Shown: positions 1-13,891 of the stretch, in pieces | Position numbering within the stretch: the first letter of the stretch is position 1 | Layout of the letters: the number at the start of each line of letters is the position of its first letter | Source: Haplodiscus bocki | Lineage: Eukaryota | DNA: 64,000 nt | Direction: 5' to 3' | Assembly (NCBI GenBank): GCA_965655095.1 | Contig: OZ296648.1 | Coordinates: 13,392,001-13,456,000 of the forward strand | Translations under genes and position numbers: made by a program | The notes under the pieces: model-generated | Seen by the model: only the letters and a program-made list of their open reading frames with translations | Told to the model about the DNA's origin: nothing | Database searches by the model: none

Positions 1-992
1 ATTCACTTGATATTTTAAATAAAAATACTGATCCTCGAGCGCTAATGGCACAGTTATCAGAGCATGCCACTATAGCGCGAAAGGTCTTACTTTCGAGCCT
101 AGGACGCTGCCTTCTCTTTGATCAAAATACAGGAACTTTTGCAAATTGTGAACGGATCGAAAAATATTCCGCAGAGGCCTGTGATATAACACCACTTACT
201 TGACCAAGTGTAAACGATCAGAAATGTTAAATTCCAATGTTTTGTTACAGCTTGGCGATTACAAAAAAAAAAGAATTAGATGACTCCATAAACTACTTGT
301 GTAAAAAAATACTGGAGTCTTATCTAGAATCTAGAAATGATTGACTGGGAAACAAATAACGTTCTTCACAAAAATAAAATGATAATATAACTATAATCTC
401 AAAATAGTCAACTAACACGTGAAGAACTATTCCAGCAATGAAACGATAAAATTCACAATGATATCTGAAAAGTTCCCGGACTAGGTACATTGTGCTTGTT
501 ACCTGGCAACAAAATTTGAGACTGACGACAAACAGGTAAAGAAATAGAAGTGCGATCAATTAATAATGATAAAAATAAGAAAACGGCGACATTGATGTGG
601 CGATAAAATCACAAATTGAAAGATCACGAGTAAAAAATTGGAAATTAAGATATGAAGAGCAACTGGCGATTTGCTAATAGCTTTCACACATAGCGGTACA
701 GTGAATGGAAACAAGGCAGCTCAGTTCGGTTAGCTGACAAGAGATTCAATAAATGGTTCACTTTGGGTGATGATCAAGAAATTGCAAAAGGATGGATAAC
801 ACACATTAAGTCATTTCCCATTTAAGGTAATTCTTTTCCGTTTTACTGACATGGATTAAAAAGACACACACGCCTCAAGTGTGAAAAAAGACCTGAAGAA
901 AAAGGTAAGCACTACGGTCCATATTGGCAGAAGAAAAATTGAAATGATACTTGATGAAACGATTGAAGAGAGTAGCTCCAAATTGTCAGAAC

Positions 993-2180
993 GGATCAAG
1001 TGAAGAATCTCCCCCCCCCCCCAGATGTCGTTAGGGGGGAGATTCTTCACTAGGTGAACTTTTGGTCTGATTACTTGTTCAAGAGCTTAGATAAGAGCAT
1101 AAAGTAAATAAAATGTCAAGAGAATAGTAAATAGTCTCACTTCCGATTCATTCGAAACAAGTTCTGAAAATGAATTTCAATGCAGATGTTTTACCTTGTT
1201 TACAAAATATTGAGATTTGTATTCACAAATTGAAACAACTAGGGCTTCTTAACCGTGATCAACGGTGCCCAAATTGTCAAGAAATGTGCTTTTGGACAAA
1301 ATATTCGAAGTCTAAGGATGGTTGGGCATGGAAATGTCAAACGAAATTATGCCAAAATTACAAAAATTATATATCCATCAGAAAAGGTAGTTTTTTGCCA
1401 ATTCCAATATTCCTTTACCTAAATGGTTACATCTGATGTATCTTTGGGCTACGAAAGCTTCAAATAAACAAACTCAATTGCAAACTGGGCTCAGTAACCA
1501 TACTATAATTGATGCCTTCGCATGCCTTCGAGAAATTTGTGGCCGATATTTGCAAGAAAACCCTATACAGCTTGGTGGTCCTGGAATTATTGTCCAAGTC
1601 GACGAAAGTCAGTTTTCACATAAACCGAAACATCATAGAGGCAGGGCCGCAGAAATTCCTATTTGGGTTTTTGAGATTGTCGATACTAGTTTCAAGCCAT
1701 CCGTGGGTTTTATGAAAATTGTCGAAAACCGAGGTGCCGAAATTTTACTTCCAATAATTCAATCTGTGGTGCGACCGGGTTCTATTGTACATTCGGATGA
1801 ATGGCGTTCCTACAGACAAATCCAGGGGCGGACAGGATTGTCTCATCGGACTGTGAATCATAGCATCAATTTTGTGGAACCCATCACTGGTGTGCATACC
1901 CAGAACATTGAATCTTACTGGAATGTGAAAAAAACTCTGATAAAAAAATGCGAGGTTGCCAGCGAAAACTATTGCACTGGTACCTTCAAGAATATATGTG
2001 GCGAGATCGTTTTGATAGAAATAACAATGCTTTTGATAATATTGTTGGGCATATCAATTTATTCTACCAATTTTGAACTATTTTCAGATGTTTCAGTCTG
2101 GGGGGGGGGGGGGGGGAGGGAGGGGGAGAGAGAGATTGTTCACTTGGTCATGGGGGGGGGAGAGATTCTTCACTTGATCC
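993..2180 (+). mobile_element. Merlin (IS1595/ISXO2-like) DNA transposon, 1188 bp
   Basis: TIRs GGATCAAGTGAAGAATCT(C)n at 993 and (G)nAGAGATTCTTCACTTGATCC ending at 2180, with GG...CC termini. Perfect 8-bp TSD GTCAGAAC at 985-992 and 2181-2188. Internal DDE transposase. Confidence 0.95.
1170..2076 (+). pseudogene. Merlin/ISXO2-like DDE transposase with two frameshifts
   Basis: N-terminal Zn ribbon (CPNC...WKC...C) and catalytic motifs VQVDES, VHSDEW, HTQNIESYW. The C-terminus LHWYLQEYMWRDRF lies in another frame and ends at TGA 2074-2076. Frameshifts fall in a T-run (~1391) and an A-run (~1942). Confidence 0.88.
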
Positions 2181-2477
2181 GTCAGAACCTTTCACCTAAT
2201 TTCTCAGTTCATATCACGTGATTGGGGGCCGAATGTAAGCAATGCGAAAATAATAAACATGTGGCATTTTTTGGACTTTCTGCTTATGATGATATTAAAC
2301 TAAAACAGCGGTCAATGTAGAGTTGATATGATACTACTATCAAAATTCGTTTACCAGTAGAAACTAGTAGATTGCATTATCGGAATCTAGTACTAATACC
2401 AGAAACTACTTTGGCCTGCAGTCAATCGATTCCTTTAATTCAGAGATGAAATTCCATTACAGAAACAACATAAACAA

Positions 2478-2900
2478 ACAAGACGGCCGGCCACCAGCGG
2501 GATATTTTCCGTTCTATAGCTTAGCTGAAAATACCCTTTGGAAAGAAGAAAGCGTTTTCCAAACAAAACTATCTTCAGCAAATTTTGATAATTTTTCAAA
2601 ATTTTTCTGATCTCTGCAAAAAAAGTCAATTCAGTTGGAAAAAGACATTTTTATGAAATAATATCATTTGATACGCATTCTACAACAAATTTTCCAGCTT
2701 TAACGATTTTGGAAAAATTCATGTTTTTGAAAAACTGATCTTTCCTTCAAAAAAAACCCAAAATGTGTACGTATTCGATAAAATGTGTACTTTGTTTGAG
2801 GCGCAACCTACGGCAAAATTGCTATGATTAGGTGATCGAAAATTTTCAAATTCAGAACCGTCGGGCATTTCCAATTGGCAAGTAAACGTGAAAAAACGTT
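2478..2900 (+). repeat. Interspersed repeat; a diverged inverted copy lies at ~6420-6790
   Basis: CAAGACGGCCGGCCACCAGCGGGATATTTT and CATTTGATACGCATTCTAC match the reverse complement of blocks at 6790-6580. Boundaries are approximate. Confidence 0.65.
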
Positions 2901-5900
2901 CGCGTTGAGTGGATGATTTTCTTTCCATATTACAAATGGACAGAAAAGAATAACAATTTGGTCAAGATTCGCCACACATTGTTACATTCTTTGTGAAATA
3001 AATTTTCCATACTTCCAAGATCGAAGTTTTTCTAGTTTTGACAAAATCTTCGCGTGAAAGTCAATCGCTTCACTTGAATTTCTTAACAATATGATGTCTT
3101 TCGTTGGCAAGATTCTAGCAACTCGCCCCCACTTGTAGCAAAATCCTGATGTCGAACCAGTTTTCGAGGCACTTCAATATTTTGATTAAATACAACGTGA
3201 AAGTGAGCTAGTTCAATCCACAATGCAGGCTGAAATGATTACTGTGCTCGGTGTGTGGTATTGCGCATCCAAAATTCGCATCGATTTCATTCAATTCTAT
3301 CCATGTCATCCAGATGTCAAACTATTGTGCTCAGTTTCAAGGCGCAATAAGAATTTTTTTTCAGCTCCACATTGTCATTTTAATCAAAGAGCCAAGTTCA
3401 TTGTTGATGTCCAACAATACATCTGCAAAACAACGTCTTTCCGTTTCGGAATCGAGAAAATGACCAGTGCGGGCCTCGAGATCTGCAACTTGCTAACGAA
3501 AGGTACCGAGATGGTTGGAGAATACAGTCGCTTTCGTGTGAGAGACCTGACGTGCACTGTCAAAAAATATTTAATGGTCGAACCATTTACAGTGTCTTTC
3601 TGTATCCTTCCATTGGGGTTTTTTGTACAAAGAGGAGGTTCCTAATCACAGCGATACTGTTTGGGATAATCTTCGTTTTTGTGATTTAGCGAACCCACCA
3701 GCAAGTGACTGCAATTAGAACACAAACGAGCCATTAAAGGGTGGCAGATGCCTTTATCCCGCTAGAAAAGGCGAACATAACTCTCCAATGAAAATAATTA
3801 TATTTCGTATCACCATGAGCAGTCAGAACTTGCAAATCACAGACACTCTTTCGCTTTCTCCCTACGTGACAAGAAAAAATGCAAATGGAGTAGCAGAGTA
3901 CTGTTTAGCGAAATCTATACAAAGCAGCAATCCAGCACAGTCAAAGTTGTTCAGACCGGAATACTGAACACAAAAACTGCCAGAGTACAGTGTCAACTCC
4001 GTGAGAGATCCAAAATGAACAGAAACAACAAAAACAAGAGAGAAAGGTGATGGGGATAAGAGACCGCATGATTCCTATTTGGGCTCAATTACGTGATATC
4101 TTCTTGTGACCTTTTGCATGTTCCCACTGTCCCTTTGGAAACTCGCAAAACTGCATTGGCAAGAAGAATCTAGGCTCTGATCCCACAATTCTTGGACATT
4201 TTTCCCACTGTATTCGATCTCTCATTTTTTCGACAACATACTCCATCACAAAACAACCATTTCACAGTTATTCAAGTTCGGAATCATGCCTGGACATAAT
4301 AGACATGTCGCCGCTCAGACCGAATTGCTGTTTATGCCTTTCCTTTGTACAGTATTTCCTGCACAGAGCAACGCGTTGTGCCCGCCGCTCTAACAAATTT
4401 TATTGACAGCTACCAGTTTGACGACATTTTCACCCTCACCACGATATAGTTGGACAAGCTGGAACAGGAACATTTCAAATACCCATTAGTCTCCTTTATG
4501 CCAAGGCCAAAAGTCTGTAGTGCCATTTGACAACTATTTCTGCCGAGCGAGCGCCCACGTTTGGAGGCATACATATCCACGTTCTGGCGGGTCTTCACCA
4601 AATCCATTCCGCATTAAGTTTATGCTTCTTTTGGCATTAACAAACTTTCATGATATCCTACGTCGTTAGCATTCCTGTGGCGGCTCATCTTGCTTTTCAG
4701 GGAAACCCATATGTTGAATGGAGAACAATATGTTTTCATAGAAAAACCTAAACACACACACATACGACAAAGTCGTTTACCTTTCGGCGCACTTTAAATT
4801 CTAGGACGTCATGATCTCAAACAGTTGAAGCCTTCCTCTGGATCCTTACTGTGGATGAGTCCATTTATACTGGCTGTCTTTCGTTTGCTCCCTTTGATAC
4901 GGTTCGTTCGAATGGAGGTGGTCCATGTCCAGGTCAGCGCCTCTCCCAATTGATGGTTAACACAGCCCTCCGAAATAGTCATTGAACTGAGCAAAAAGCA
5001 GTCGACCAACATATACGGTCCCGACGTTTGGATGATAGTGTCCAAGAGTTTGCTGCGACAGCTGCTAAAGACCTAAGTCCTGTTGGAACAGTCATCTGGT
5101 AGAAAACTAAGGATTCGCTCATTGAGAAGGCTTTGGTTAGGAAAGCTCTAGAAACGATTCGACTCTGCTTGACTGCAACTAACAAACTACCCACCCATCT
5201 AGTTCGTTAATGAACACACTGTTAACATGACGCAATTGAATGATGGGTTGAGCGTTTCTATTCCTGTAACGCATGAAGCTGTAACTGAACAAAGACATGC
5301 ATGCGATCAGCAAAAAAAGGTAAATGCAAACCAAACTGCATGAGACTATTATCTGAACCAGATATCTGACACCTCGTCCTCTTGAAAACTATTTTTGATT
5401 GACTCAAAACAGCAGCGTTTTCCGTTTATTTATGACACAATAGTTGCATCGTGGTTTGATCTCAACTTAACGTTCATGTGTAATGTCCAGTCCACTGATC
5501 GCAACCATATGCTTTTTAACCCCCAATCAGGACTATCTTCTGAATGTTGCTTCGCTCAAAAGTTTTTGTTGTTTCAGAACTCGAGACATGTTCAACTCCC
5601 TTAGATGAACGCTGACTCTCACTAATCTGTAGAAACATTTTGAAAACTCATCAGAAAGTGGCAGCTCGCTGAAATTTCTTCTCGCAGTTGAATATTCAGT
5701 TTTCCAACAGTCAGTGCATATTTCATCAACAAAAATCTTCCTCATTTTTCACAAGATACTTTATCCTTTGCTTTTATAACTCAGCAATTTTCAGTGCATA
5801 TTGTTCTTTGTTCATGTATCTACATTTTCTAAGCTACAATACTTTGCAGACAGCTTACTAGTTAATGAGTAGTAATGTTCATTTCAAGTTCTTCTCTATT

Positions 5901-6419
5901 GAAACCAGGAATTTTTCCACCGTGGAGAACCAAGAGCTGCAATAAAGTTGGAGCATTTAAGCTTTTGTGCCGAACTTATTCCTAGTTTAATGCATTAGCC
6001 GTAAAATTCCCTGCTTCCACGGTGTTATGAGCAACAAAATGTTTCCTGAAAAACGACGGAAAGCACTCCGCTTCCTCGTGATAAATACTTCAAGTTGATA
6101 TCATATACAAATAACTTTTTCTCAAAAACAACAATAATGGGAAAATGCACATAGGTTACCCTTTCATACAAATATTTTTTAATGCATTAGTCTCATCTTA
6201 GAACTCATTTCAAAAAACTTTTTTTTGATATTCCAAAGTTGCTCGGCGATAACAAACACGTTTTCTTTGTGGTTCTACCGTCACTTCAACAGTTCTTATC
6301 TAGCCATTTGCTGATGAAATCCTCAATATTCTCTGGTGCCTGCTAGACGTACGTCCTTTCTAGATTATTATTTTCAGCCCATGTATTTATGCAAAAATCA
6401 TCGACAGGCCGTGTAAGTA

Positions 6420-6790
6420 TTCTAACGTATCCTTGTCAATGGCATAATTTTAAGTTTTGATAACCAAATTATAACATTTGCCGTAGAATGCGATTGAAAT
6501 AACACTATTGAATACGTGTCAAAAAAGGATTTTTGAGAATGAATTTTAAAAAACGGGAAAAGCTGGTAAAATTGCTGTAGAATGTGTATCAAATGGTGAT
6601 ACTACTAAAAATGATTTTTTTCCAACAAAATTCAAGTTTTTCTGCAGAAAGAAATTAAATTGAGATAAAGTCAAAAACAAGCTGAACAATGCATTTAAGT
6701 TTTTTCATAAGAAAACGCTTCCTTCCTAGAACGCATTTCTAAGAAAGTTGAAGGGCTGAAAATTTGCCGGCTATAGCAGGCCGTCTTGTA
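6420..6790 (-). repeat. Interspersed repeat, inverted homolog of 2478-2900
   Basis: GTAGAATGTGTATCAAATG and AAAATTTGCCGGCTATAGCAGGCCGTCTTG are reverse complements of blocks in 2478-2900. Confidence 0.65.
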
Positions 6791-6912
6791 CATATCTCAA
6801 GTCAATTAGTTCAATACTATAAGGACTAAAATTGCAAGAAAAGGATTTCATTACTTAGGAAAAAATCAACCGAAAATCATCTATATACTAATAACGGAAA
6901 AATATCACTAAC

Positions 6913-7071
6913 TTTTTCTAGCCTTTCGAAATGTTCTCTCAAAAATCTAATCGGATTGTCAGGTCTGTTGATACATAGTTGAACGATGCATTCCTTCAGC
7001 AAGCCTTGAATGTTGTGCTTCTGTACATACTGTTCACAATCTTTCAGACTCTGTTCTTCGTCAGCGGCCAT
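6913..7071 (-). CDS. PRKAR1: cAMP-dependent protein kinase type I regulatory subunit, first coding exon (dimerization/docking domain)
   Basis: [53 protein letters not shown] matches the RI D/D domain. It is followed by a phase-0 GT donor (GTTAGT) at 6912. No later exons were recognised in 1-6912. Confidence 0.93.
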
Positions 7072-10000
7072 CACTTTCCCTGGAAATGCAACTTGAAAAT
7101 CAAAACTTTACTGCACTTAACTCAAAGGGAAATGTTTCTGTAATTTGACTCCAATTCTGGGCGCGGCCTTTTTGTAACAAACTGCTTGAAAAAACCAGTT
7201 CAGCAGTACTGGGAGGGAGGCCGAAAGAGCCCTACACCTTAGGTATTACATTCCAACTGCTAATAAAGACAACTTTCAAGAGTTTGCGTCAGGACACGTA
7301 GCTGGGCGGCGTGTCAGAATCCTCCAGCGACCCCAAGCTTAGCTCGTCTTCGGTGCCGGAAGTAAAACATCGACGAAGGTTGAAGTCTTCCTGAGCAAAT
7401 TGTGACATCGAGAAATTGATGCAATTATTTCATCACCAAACAAAAGGACCATTTTACAATTTCTACATCGCATTCATAAAGAAGCACCCACGAACATTGT
7501 TGAATCAGAGTTGAACATCCATGGAATGAGGAAAAGCACAGTCAAGACCATCAGTTTTACCAGCTTAGCACTTCATTTAGGGGCGCTCAAACTGTTCCTG
7601 TTTTTCTTCAAATAGTTTTGGGGTGCCGTTTGGAGGAACTAATATTTCTTTTCACCCCTTCAGGTGATAACAGTAAGGGTTAATACAGAGACGTCAAAAC
7701 TTCTTTCGGTTGGACCGCTAGAACTTCTTCTCTGAGCGTCAGCTCAATTCCAACTTTATTCAGTATTTCTGATTACAAGTACCACCAATTTCATGTAAAC
7801 GTAGCAATGGATGCAGCGCCAAAGTAACAAGCTAGAATTGGGCTTAAGCTCCGTGACTTTTTGTTGCCCGAACAAGAAAATCCCTCCAACAAGACTCACT
7901 GGCCCGCAATATCTCAGTTTAGGTTTTCCGTTTCCATATTCAGTGTATTCCTTTCTGGTTTTGTATTTAGTTGGAAATTTTTCATGCAACAGTCCTGAGA
8001 CGGCTTGTTTGACGCGATCATTGAGAATGTCGTCTTCTTCCACAGCTTGTGGCCACTGGCAATGTTCTGTGGTGCGAGTGCAAAAAAATGATGTCTTTCA
8101 AAAACTGATGTTTTAGTGTCGAAAAGATTTCCAGATGAACCTCATCGGCAACATCCTGGAGTAACTCTTTGGCTAGTACCAAGGGCTGGTCATGGGAGTT
8201 GTAGTATGCAGGCTCGATGATAGGTCTCGGCTACTTGGGAAAGAGTTTCAACTGATACTTTGGCTAAGATTTAAACACGCACGAAGACCTAAAACAAGCT
8301 GTTGCGGAAGGATTGACGTAGGTGAAGCATCGATCGAGTGGGTGATAAGAAGAGTAGATGCAAATGTAGAAGCAACTTTTCCGGCATCTGGTGTTGTTAT
8401 GGCTCTGAATCGGTGGATGTCCCAACAGAATTGAAAAGTATGTTCTGGTTGAAGCATACGAAATGGAGAGAATCACTGGTGTACCAATGCAAACCTCATG
8501 GCCTCCTTTCAGACACAAAGCGATGATGCGAGGTTTCAGGAGACTTTTTCCACTCATTAGAAAATATGGCTGGTTCCATGTTCTCTCTTTAACGAGATTG
8601 TGTCTGTTTTCATAAGAACATGGTTGTGCAATCTCATGTTTTTCAGGATAATATTGTCGTAATAACAGGGTTCACTCAAATGCCGGCTGCGTCGACTGAA
8701 AGCATTTGACGTTTATTCCTTAAACATCACTGATACGTTTCAGATGCGTCTTCGACATTAGTTGTTCCATTGTCTTTTGCGTGTTATCTGTTGGACTTTT
8801 GGAAATGTATTTATCAAGACATCAGTTGTTTCCAGTTCCTGTATCCACTGAGCCCACCTGTCACCGTGATCAGGTAGCAGAGCGATAGCAGCTGACCAAA
8901 TCCATTTTGCATGGATCATCCTTTGAGGGTATGGTACTTTCACTGTTTCTGACACCAGTTCGAGGAAACGCGACTTCTTATGGAGAACAAAAAAGGTGAA
9001 TGGTGTCGTCGAAGCTGTATGTGTGCCGTCTTCTCTCTCCTCTGTAAGAGTGGATGCAATTTGATTTTTTTTCCAACAGGGTAGACTGGCAGCTTCGCAT
9101 GCTAGCTTCATTCAATGCTACAGCAGTACATTGAGCCTATGGGACCATCAATTACCATCAAAATGGAACGAGTTAGAAAACATTTTTGCTGCTTCTTAAC
9201 CTCAAGTGATCATAAGAACCGTGTTTGACGGACAGAATTTAAAAATGTACTCGTTTTCCGTGGAGAAAATGCTGCTTAGTTTCGAACAATTCTTGTAGGT
9301 CTATGACTTCAAGTGCTTTGAGTTCTTCAGAGCCTCACCGCAAAGCGTCATTGATAGGACTTACTCTTCTCTCAGACGTTGTTCATTGGTTGGAAATCAC
9401 CAGGTAGTCTGCTGGATGCTCTCGAGAGAAGACAAGATTCCTGAAGTTTTTCTGGTTTTGTTGCAACATGGTCCCCATTTACAGTGACTGTAACGAAAAA
9501 TCAGGACTGCAATGTAGTATCAAAGTTCAAACCTGGATCTGTAGAAGCCCGAACTTGAGTACCGCCTTCAATTGTCAACCGCGGATTTGGCATATCATCG
9601 TTACTCGCAAACGCCCGATATAATTGTTGTTCAATCAATCTGGAATTTGGTTCCAGCCGTTCCTGTTGAGTTAATTTTGTAGATTTTCTTCTATATATAG
9701 TGTCGGACATGTCGTCAGATTTCGTTTGCCAGGCATCTCACTAAAACCTGTTGTTGCTTCTGGTTTTTAAATGTAGCCATCCACAACATTGGTTACAACA
9801 AAACAGTATAAGGAAAGAATCCGTTGAAGCAGTAGACTCCAAACAACACACAAAGGGGCAAAAATCGAAGTTTTAGTTAGAAACTGCATCCTAGCTTATG
9901 GTCTTAAGGTTTTCATTTTGTCTTTTTGTCCCTCCCAAAACATGCACATAACTTTAACTGGATTACAGTATACCTGGACTCCCTCCATAGCAATTGCGGT

Positions 10001-12673
10001 GAATGGGAGACACTGATCCAGCTGCCAATTAACGAAATCTTTGCATTTATTGTCTCTCTGGTGGTACTCAACGTTGGTACCAGAAAACTTGGAGCACGGT
10101 ATTATAAACTTAAGCAACCGTGCCTGGTTGGTTTATGGATTATGGAAATTAGCTTTGTTCAAGGTCATGCAGGAGGACCTTACGATCAGCAGTTCTTCAT
10201 GCATCCGGTACGTCAAGCAGTCTCAACTAACGGCTCCGGTTGTCTGTTATCTTGCCTGAATGCCAAAGCAGTCGGTGCGAGCTGGCGTGCTGCAATGCTG
10301 TTTTCATCGAAGTGCCAGGCAGTCCAAAGGGGACCATCGTATTTGGAAGCCCGAAGCAGCTACTTCAGCGTTGTTCCTCGACGCAAATGCAGCCACTCAT
10401 TCACTTTTCCGTGTCGATATGGTCTCAGACCATCTCTGTTTCTGAAAGAGCAGTTACAAAACGTCAAGTGATGGAGCGATGAACCAGTATCTTTTTGGCT
10501 GGATTGGTGAAATTTGTTAGTCCAAATCTTTGTTACATTGCATTTTGGGCCTGTGACGGAAATAGAGGCCTAACTGAACTGTGTTCAGGAGCTGGAATAC
10601 CAATTGGATGTTGCCGACGTGGTAGATTGGCAAATTGATTTCAGACAGTGATGGAAAAAACTCAAAAAATCAGAGTTGTGCAAGCTGTAATGATGGTCGG
10701 TGATTAACTGCGGGCGATCCCTAAAAAGCTCTTCAATGTATTCCAATTGGCTTGGCCTAAAATTGTTTAAATTTTGGAACGGTTACCAAATCTGAGTTTA
10801 TCATCCATTGAAGTTGTCCTGATCGGTTTTTTGTGTGCAGCGAACTTTTACCAGCCGTTAGAATTTTGAAAAAGTGGTTTTCTTCAACGGCTTGCCGAAC
10901 GCCAAAGAAGAATGAATCTTTCCAACTCGTCGTATGAGTGAAAATTGTGGTAGGAAAGGCCCTTTGAGCATGGCGAAGATGAATATCACTTTGCTTTCCG
11001 CACGGTTAGATGAAGTAGGTATAGTTGGTTGATCTCGATCCACGAAGGCAACGACGTTTACCATTGATGGCTGCTCAAGCCCTCTATTATAGTCAACCAA
11101 AATAACCGCCTCGTTCTTATTGAATAGGTTGGAAAGTCTATGGCCTTTGTGAATAAGTTTTCTCTCGGGTTCCCGACTGCTTCTGGAAAGAACGTCGTTT
11201 TGTTTGATGATCCAATTCATATCCTCTGACACAGTTGACTTGAGAATATTTGGGGTGTTGTTTATCCGCGAAACCCGGTCCATCTTATGCAACGTGCAAG
11301 TCTTCCGCTATTACTTACCAAGGCGAAGGAGTTGCTGGTGTCGCCAGCGACTAAGGAGCCAAATATGAAAGTTCCCATCAATGCGAGTTCTGGCCACTTC
11401 GCCTTGAAGTTGTATGTTGGACCACGTTCGGAGGTTTCTTGTTCAGGGTCGAAGCATAGGGCGAGGTAATCCAAGGGTGACTTTTGGAGTCAGGCACGTC
11501 GGTTGTCTCGTTATATTTCAGGTCACAGGTGGTAAGCTGCCTGAATGTTTCGTTTCCCAGGTCTGAAGTTGTCAAGACAATGGAGAGCCTCTTTATACCA
11601 CAAAAGTCACAGACGGAAGATTCTTGGATCAACCGATGCGCTGCTTTGCGTGTTTCATTTGCTTGGGACATCAGTTCATTCTTTGTTCCATCCATCAATC
11701 AGCTGCTCAACTTCGACAGAAGTGTTTGTCGAAATGAATACTGATAGTATATCAGTTCTCGGGTTGGGATATTTCCGACAAATGCCGCCGCACTGGTAGT
11801 CCACTAAAAAAACAATTTATCCTTGTTCAAGGTTTTAGCTGCCTGATGACGGATAGTTATAGTATGTTTTCTGTCAAAGAAGATAGAATTAAATACCGGA
11901 GCTTCCTATTCGTAATCCATGTTATAATGTTGCGGTGAAAATTGAACGTTCCCGTACATGAGCGTCGACTAACATTTGAAAGTCATGCACCCGAGGCAAA
12001 ACCGAAGCAGTACAATACAGCAAGGTTCTGACTACTCTCGGATGGTCAGCTAAAAACGGCCAGCTGAGTAACTGGTTCTGGGGAAACTTCCGAACTACAG
12101 ACTTGTTGGGTGTTGTGAGGACGAAATAGGTCCAATAAAATTGCAACGCAGTTAAAATTGATAGGACTATGAGTTCATTTTTACGAGCCAATGAATCCGG
12201 TAGGATTGGTTATTAGAAGGCGTTAGACTTTGGGGAGAGTATGTCAATGAACGCGGATAATGCCTCCATCGAGAAGCAAGGCATTGTATCCAAGGGACGG
12301 GAGAGTTTCGGATCCTGGATCCATCAGACGGGCAAGACATCAATTGCAAGAAATCGTTTTAAAGTTTTTAAACATGTAAATTATTCTACATGATAACAAT
12401 AAAAGCATTGAGTTTTATAGTAAACTAAATAGGGGAAGATTGGGGTTAAGAATCGTGGACGAGGCTCCAAAACGGGCGAAACCAGGTGTGAATGATAGGA
12501 TAATTTAGGCTAGGCCCAGAGCTTTCGATGTTAAAAGGCAGTTGGCCTTGGTTTGGGTGTCGCGGATGGCGCATACTTTGGTTGGCCCGGAGTTTTCAAG
12601 GTTGAAAGGCAACTGGCCTTGTTTGGATGTCGCAGATGGGTCATGTCATTGGGTGTCGAGTTTCAGAAGAGCG

Positions 12674-13790
12674 TTAGTTCAGCATTGAATTCGAAGTTTC
12701 TAAGGCATATGGGTCCCACGCCCTTTGGGTGGTTCTGTGTCTCGATCTGGCTCCGCGTAGGCACATTATGCATGCTCTGATGCAAGCAAAACTCATTCGG
12801 TTTCGCAGCCAGTTGATAGTTTTGTGATATGGCAAGTCCATCTTTTCGGCCAAACTACTCGCTAGCTGTTTCACCAATGCTTTCGTCGCAGGGGCTTGTC
12901 CTCCCGTGGCGGCCATGACGATTGGGCAAAAGGAGGCGCCTTCTATGTCTCTCACTCGAGCTTCATATGTTCTTCGTTTTTCGGTCTCGTGCTTTCGGTA
13001 TACAGAAGGGAGGTTCTCAGAAGCGTTGGATGCGGCCAGGGGGTTGAACACGCGTACGTCAAAAAATGTGCGTTCGAACCTGCCTCCCCAAACTCCACTT
13101 GCTGATATGTCCAATCTGGCTCCGCCTTGCACATTGGTTTCCGCCGGCAGCTCGCGGTCTACTTGTTGGAGTTGTGGCTCCGTTGCAACGTCGTGGCATG
13201 TTTTCCGGCATCACGTTGGCTAGTAGGTCCCGTATTTCATTGTGTCTTATTATGGGAAAACCACCCGTGGGGCACGATAGTGCATGTTCGACGTCGAATG
13301 GCTAGCTGCACACGCATTTTGTCGGCATGTGATCGGGCTGCAGGCCATAGCGGATAGCCTTTGCGTCTCTGAAGCCGGATTTGTTTACGCAATAACCTTC
13401 AGATTCGATTGGCAACACGTTGGGCCAGGCTGACGCTCCTTTTTCTTTGGCCAGTGACATACATTTTTTCAATAGCGCCGGTAACTCGTTCGTGATCGAA
13501 AGAGATATAGTTTTTATGCGCTCACTTCTCGTTTTCTGTTCTCTGGTTTTGATTTGTTGTTGCAATTTAGATATTTCGTACATGTTGCAGGGGTATTGTT
13601 TATTATTGCTCGGACTATCGGTTCGCAGATGGCAGACGACGTCTTGTACCTTGCTTGTATGTCCTGTAGGTCTAGGAGTCCGAGACCTTTTTCACGTACG
13701 GGAAGTTAGAGAAGCTGACGTAAATGATCTGCACTTTCCCTGCCCATGATTGCGTTTATGACGTCCTTTTCCTGCAAGAAATCGGTCGAC
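12674..13790 (-). mobile_element. 5'-truncated CRE-type (restriction-like endonuclease) non-LTR retrotransposon, decayed
   Basis: LPVREKGLGL, KGASAW..VLP...G..FRDA..IRYG, CVC...HALSCPTGGFPIIRHNEIRD (Cys/His motif) and ARLDI....W...ERTFFDVRVFNP...HETEKRRTYE (RLE), ending CLRGARS. Confidence 0.85.
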
Positions 13791-13891
13791 AATATTCAAT
13801 TTGTTACTAAATTCAGATTACTGTGAAATCGTGCATCTTGGAGTCAGTCATCATAATCTACCCAAAGTCTGCTACTTGCTAGAACGCACTG

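Noticed and set aside
2478-6790. Inverted repeats as TIRs of one 4.3-kb transposon
   Set aside because: The copies are strongly diverged, with no TSD or transposase, and a related fragment occurs near 53900. Independent insertions are more likely.
1-6912. Further PRKAR1 exons (RRxAIS inhibitor site, cNMP domains)
   Set aside because: No matching peptide was found on the minus strand; the exons probably lie beyond the window.
12523-12640. Two ~50-bp imperfect repeats as a CRISPR-like array
   Set aside because: Only two units, in the 3' UTR of the CRE element, in a eukaryotic context.
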